Assembly (NCBI RefSeq): GCF_009914755.1
Contig: NC_060941.1
Origin: the human T2T-CHM13v2.0 reference genome, Homo sapiens
DNA: 64,000 bases
Strand: one strand, 5' to 3'
The notes beneath the pieces were generated by a model that searched no databases, was not told where the DNA came from, and saw only the letters and a program-made list of their open reading frames with translations. Position 1 is the stretch's first letter, and every line of letters starts with the position of its first letter. Of this stretch, positions 54,870 to 64,000 are shown piece after piece. The translations under genes were made by a program, and so were the position numbers.

Positions 54870-55663
54870 GTTTTTTTGTTTTGTTTTGTTTTTTTTTTTT
54901 TGAGAAGGACTCTGGCTCTGTCGCCCAGGCTGGCGTGCAGTGGAGTGATCTCGGCTCACTGCAACCTCAGCCTCCCAGGTTCAAGTGATTCTCCTGCCGC
55001 AGCCTCCTGAGTAGCTGGGATTACAGATGCACGCCACCACGCCCATCTAATTTTTTTGTATTTTTAGTAGAGGCGGGGTTTCACCATGTTGGTCAGGCTG
55101 GTCTCGAACTCCTGACCTCGTGATCCACCCACCTCAGCCTCCCAAAGTGCTGGGATTTACAGGCATGAGCCACCACGCCCGGCCTTCAGTGAGGTCTTAA
55201 AGTCTCTCTAAGGCAGTGGCTCTTAACCTCTTTGAGGCCTCAGACTCTTCTGAGACTGAAAAAAACCCCAGAAAAAGGTACACAAATCCAATTGTGCATA
55301 TTGTTTCAAGGTGCTCACCTGTGACAATGATCCGATGGCCCACAGACTGACCACCAGTTAAGAACATTTGCGGCCAGGCACGGTGGCTTGCGCCTGTAAT
55401 CCCAGCACTTCGGGAGGCCAAGGAGGGCAAATCACGAGGTCAGGAGTTTGAGACCAGCCTGGCCAATATGGTGAAACCCTGTTTCTACTAAAAATACAAA
55501 AATTAGCCGGGCGTGGTGGTGCACACCTGTAGCTACTGGGGAGGCTGAGGCAGGAGAATCGCTAGAACCCAGGAGGCGGAGGTTGCAGTGAACCGAGATC
55601 CACCACTGCACTCCAGCCTGCCGACAGAGCAAGACTCTGTCTCAAAAAAAAAAAAAAAAAAAA
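54870..55663. mobile_element. Inverted Alu pair in ACLY intron 1 (54870-55183 -, 55372-55663 +)
   Basis: Alu consensus; TSD TTCAGTGAGGTCTT around the first. Confidence 0.9.
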
Positions 55664-57388
55664 AAGAATATTTGCTCTAGTGGAATCAGCAAATACCTAC
55701 AAATACCTATCTGGGTTTGGGACCGCTCCCCAGAACGTCTTAGTCTGCCTCCCCAGTAGCTGAATGTGCTGTCAAACAAGTAACAGATGATTGGGCTGAG
55801 CTTGGACTCCAGGAACTGTTACTTGGTAACAGCTAAATGTGTAAACCATTTGGGGGAAATCATGCCAAGGAACCTGAAAACACACACATACACACATTCT
55901 CTAAGGGAGGGGCCTTATGAGCTGAATGGAGTCTTTCTGCAGACGGGTGAGTGACCCAGGATTGAGTTCACTTTTAGCAGACACTGAGAGAAGCAGCCCA
56001 CACAGGAGGCTGAATGAAAGAAGCCTGTTCCCCAGAACACGCCCCTGGGACACAGCCAGGGGAAGGGAATCACTGGGGATGCTACTAAGGGTGCCTCTGG
56101 GAAAGACAAAAACACTCATTTGAAGGTTAGTATCTGCAGGATTGGGACTTACGTATGTAGGTATTTATTTATTTATTTTTTGAGAAGACAGGCAATCCCT
56201 GGAGTAAATTCTAGAGAGGCAGAATTCTGTGAGTGCCCCTTACTGCGGCAGGCATAGTGTCAGAACGGGGATGGAGCCATAAGCTGTCCAGTGTCTGAGG
56301 GGTCTTCCCACTACCGCCCCCCAAGCTGTTTAGGAAGGTTTCTAAGAGGTGAAAATCACCCATCTGGGCAAATGAGACCTACCAGCTGTCCCTCACCCCA
56401 CATTTTAGTTCAGCTGAGCCAGCTGAAAACACAGAGGAAAGTTAAGGGTGGAGAGGAGTAGGCTAGCTGGCCAAACTGTGCTGTGCACTTTTCCTTATCA
56501 TCTCTTCCAAAATCCTCTTCCCAGGAAGACCTCCAGGGACCCCATAACGGCAGAACTCGGCACTGCACGGTATCTGCCAAGGTTGGAGACCGCGGCAGGC
56601 GCTGGGACTGGCCCATTGCCAGGCTCGACAGGAGGGCGGCGGCAGCATCCTCCAGCCCCTTGAGGACCTTTCCCCGGCCAGACTTGGCGTCAGCTCAAGG
56701 GTGGGGTGGCACCCCGGCCATCTGTCGCTTAGGGGCTGGACTCGACGATACCTCCAGTGCGAGGAGGGTCCTTGCTGCGAGATTCCAGTCCTCGCGGCGA
56801 GACGAGGCGAGGCCTCGGGCACCCTGGGGCAGCCTGGCCCCGCGTGGCCCGCCCCGGAGGCGCGCATAGCTCATTCTCTCCACTTGGGCGTGGAGCTCAA
56901 TTTTGTACCCACGGAACCAAGAAGGGCCTGAGCCCGGCCAGTGAGGAATCGGAGTGGGACCAGTCGCCACCGCTTTCTCTACTTCCCGTCCCGGCATCCG
57001 ATGGGGGAACCCGGATGGAGCCAAAAGGCGTCCCGATGAGCCCGAGGAGCCTCGATAGCTGTGCCCGGGAGGGGTGAGGCGCGCCAGGAGGGGGACCATG
57101 CAATGTGGCAGAGGCAGAAGAGGCAAGGATGGCGGCAAGCCCCATGCAAACTCCCAGGAACTGGAATATGTGTGTGTCGCGCGGGGGGAGGGGAGGGGCG
57201 TCGACACGCGGCCACCGGCCGGGACCCCGGGCGAAGGCTAACCTAAAGCTAAGACCCTCAAAACTTCCGAGCAGGGCGCGTGGGCACCGAGCCCGCGTCG
57301 GGGAAGGCGGTTCCGGGTTGGGGGACGGAGGCAGGAAGCTCCTAGGGCGAGCGGGCTCCAGCCAGCGAAAACAGCCTCCCGTGCTCAC

Positions 57389-57530
57389 CTCTGCCGAAGT
57401 CCGTGCGCGGCGCTTCTTCCACAGGCCCGACGAACCCCGCAAAATCCGGAGCACCCCAGCAGCCGGTAGCTTCCCGGGATCCGGCTTTTGTCCCGGCCCA
57501 GCCGGACTTTTCCCCGCCCCCATCGGCTCG
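57389..57530 (-). other. ACLY: ACLY exon 1 (5' UTR; 57523-57389 coding in a putative N-extended isoform); 5' end approximate
   Basis: Donor GAG|gtgagc at 57389/57388 inside the CpG island, directly below the CCAAT/SRE promoter. Confidence 0.85.
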
Positions 57531-57549
57531 CGGCGAGAACGGCCCCGCG

Positions 57550-57660
57550 ATTGGCCACACGCGTTCCCTAGCCTGAGCGCCAGGGCTCCTCCCAATTCGC
57601 TGCTGGCTTGGCTCCGCCCCACGAGGGCGGGCCCCGGGGCCTGCTGGGACTTGTAGTCCC
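57550..57660 (-). promoter_or_regulatory. ACLY: ACLY sterol-responsive core promoter: CCAAT / SRE / inverted CCAAT / GC boxes / ZNF143-THAP11 motif
   Basis: CCAAT (minus 57554-57550), TCAGGCTAG (minus 57576-57568; matches the ACLY SREBP site as I recall it), CCAAT (plus 57592-57596), CCGCCC/GGGCGG 57614-57630, ACTACAAGTCCCAG (minus 57657-57644). Confidence 0.75.
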
Positions 57661-58826
57661 GCTGGCCCGTCCACCGCCTCTTGGGAGCCTGCGGGGCCGG
57701 GGCGGGGCCCCGGGTGGGGAGATGGGCCGGGCTAGGCTGGGAGGAGAACGCGCGGTGCTGGGGGTTGTGGCCTGATCGCTTGAGGGGCTGGACAGATTGC
57801 CACTCGGGGAGTTGGGGGAGGGGCGGGTGGGATTAGCCCAACTGGCTGTAACGCAGCTTTGGGACCTGGAGTACCCTTGCTCCTTCCCTTGGGAGAAACG
57901 GACGTCTGCATCTCGGCCGCACCGAATCCGATTGCTTAGACAGTCTCCTTAAGCAGCAGTGTCTGGCAGGCCGCTTTCCTTTAGCACGTGGAGCCTCTCT
58001 CCTCCCTGGACTCTCCCCACTGGGCCGATGAGGCAAGGCTGAGCCGAGGCTAACAGAGCATACTTCCCAGTGTGGGATAAGGCAGGGGCCGCGGTAAGCA
58101 AGTGGGGCTAGGAGGGTGCAGGCACAGCGCTGTCCGTCCCACTCACCTGCTCGCCTCAGCACGGATCAGGGCGGAGCTAGGAATTCAATGCGAGATTCCA
58201 GCGAAGGGCTGGAGCCATCCCAGACAGTCTCTTGTTCCCACCAACCACAGGCTTAGACACTGGAATGAATGAACTGCTGTCTCCCCCTTCTCCATTACCT
58301 GAGACAGATCGAATTTTCCAAACCAAAAACTGGGACATCCAATCTGACAGGTGCTGGTGAACTTGTGGGGCAGAATATGTGAAATCAGTCCTGGAAATCA
58401 GGACATGTATTTACCACTCTGACATGCTGCAGCCTCCCTCCCTACCTGCACCCCAACCCTGTAGGTCCGGAGCTGCTCCCTAAGCCTAACAGCTGTCTAG
58501 CTCCAGGAAGGAGGCCAAAAGCGTCCACTGACCGACTCAGGTGAAGAGGTCAGCCCAGAATGCAGGGAAGCAGCAGGCCTGTCCCCCTGCCAAGCACTTT
58601 GGGTCATACTCACACTGCAACAGTGTTGCGACATTTGCAGACAAAATCTTCTCCAAGACCCCCTCCCCCAATCCTGTTGCTGCCAGGAGTAAGGTAACTG
58701 AACTTGCTACCCATGCCTGAATCAAGTGTTCCCTGATGATGTCACTTTCTGGTCCCTTCCCTCCCATTCATCTTTTTGAAATAGCAGTTCCTTATCACCT
58801 CTCTTCTCTTGTCCTAAAATGGGGGT

Positions 58827-60980
<2,154 letters not shown>

Positions 60981-61556
60981 AGACAAATACACTCCTGGGG
61001 AAATGGTCATCCAGGCGGGACATAAAATATAATAAACTCTTTGAAGGTCAATTTGGTAATATCAGTAAACATTTTAAATTCACTTGCCCTTTGGTCCAGT
61101 AATTCCACTTCTAATAATTTATCCTTCAGATATACTTGCGTATGTGCATGACGAAGATAGGGATCTTTGTCTATTTTCTTCATTGCTGTATTTCTAGCAG
61201 TTTAAATAGGGACTGGTTACACAGTAAGTACTCAATAAATGTTTGCTGAATGATTGTCCTCCATTTAGGTGTTGCTAGGCCTAAGTTTGACTATTCCTGG
61301 GCAGGAACAACAAAAAATAACTGTCCAGAGAGTGAGGGGGAAGAGGTGCTGGCCAGAGGGCCCATGAGCCAGCCACTGAGGTTTTCCAGTTCACTCAGTG
61401 GTCTCATACCAAGTTTCTGCCCCCAACGCCCAGCCTCCTCAAGTAAGACTCTCTCATTACCCCACCATGCACCCACAGAGGTTCATCTGCCTTGAATTAA
61501 TCAATCTAGAACCCATCTTCTCATCATTCTATTTTCTAACTTAAAAGCTCTAAACC

Positions 61557-64000
<2,444 letters not shown>

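Larger units (their letters stand above)
56560..58200. promoter_or_regulatory. ACLY: ACLY CpG island
   Basis: Dense CpG, high GC, repeat-free. Confidence 0.85.

Noticed and set aside
56897-57622. 241-aa ORF through ACLY exon 1
   Set aside because: Starts at a non-ATG codon in the promoter and runs through the donor into intron 1; only the 57523-57389 part is plausible

Overview
Human (hominid) genomic DNA, recognisable as the KLHL11-ACLY locus (17q21.2, from memory). The window holds the complete ATP-citrate lyase gene ACLY on the minus strand: first exon at about 57389-57530 plus 28 coding exons between 52383 and 6314. I traced every GT-AG junction by hand; the coding exons sum to 3306 nt = 1101 aa + TAA, the canonical length. 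About 1.5 kb downstream, on the same strand, are the CpG-island promoter and coding exon 1 of KLHL11 (polyalanine + BTB domain). Introns are very Alu-rich and also contain a full-length SVA with TSDs, an MLT2A-type ERVL LTR, an MLT1 LTR, a MER58-type DNA transposon and MIR/L2/L1 remnants. I see no new multi-gene system; almost all short ORFs in the track are repeat or antisense artefacts. The best leads are regulatory: (1) a 4-nt tandem acceptor at ACLY exon 2 that switches an upstream ATG between a 54-aa N-terminal extension (myristoylation-like MGAGKS plus basic KKRRAR) and a 108-aa overlapping out-of-frame ORF; (2) a tandem duplication of the exon 16 splice donor that would create a stop-containing poison extension; (3) an antisense MLT2A LTR with a DUX4 motif and splice donor; (4) several template-switch or duplication scars in Alus. 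Exon coordinates are counted exactly; repeat boundaries are approximate.
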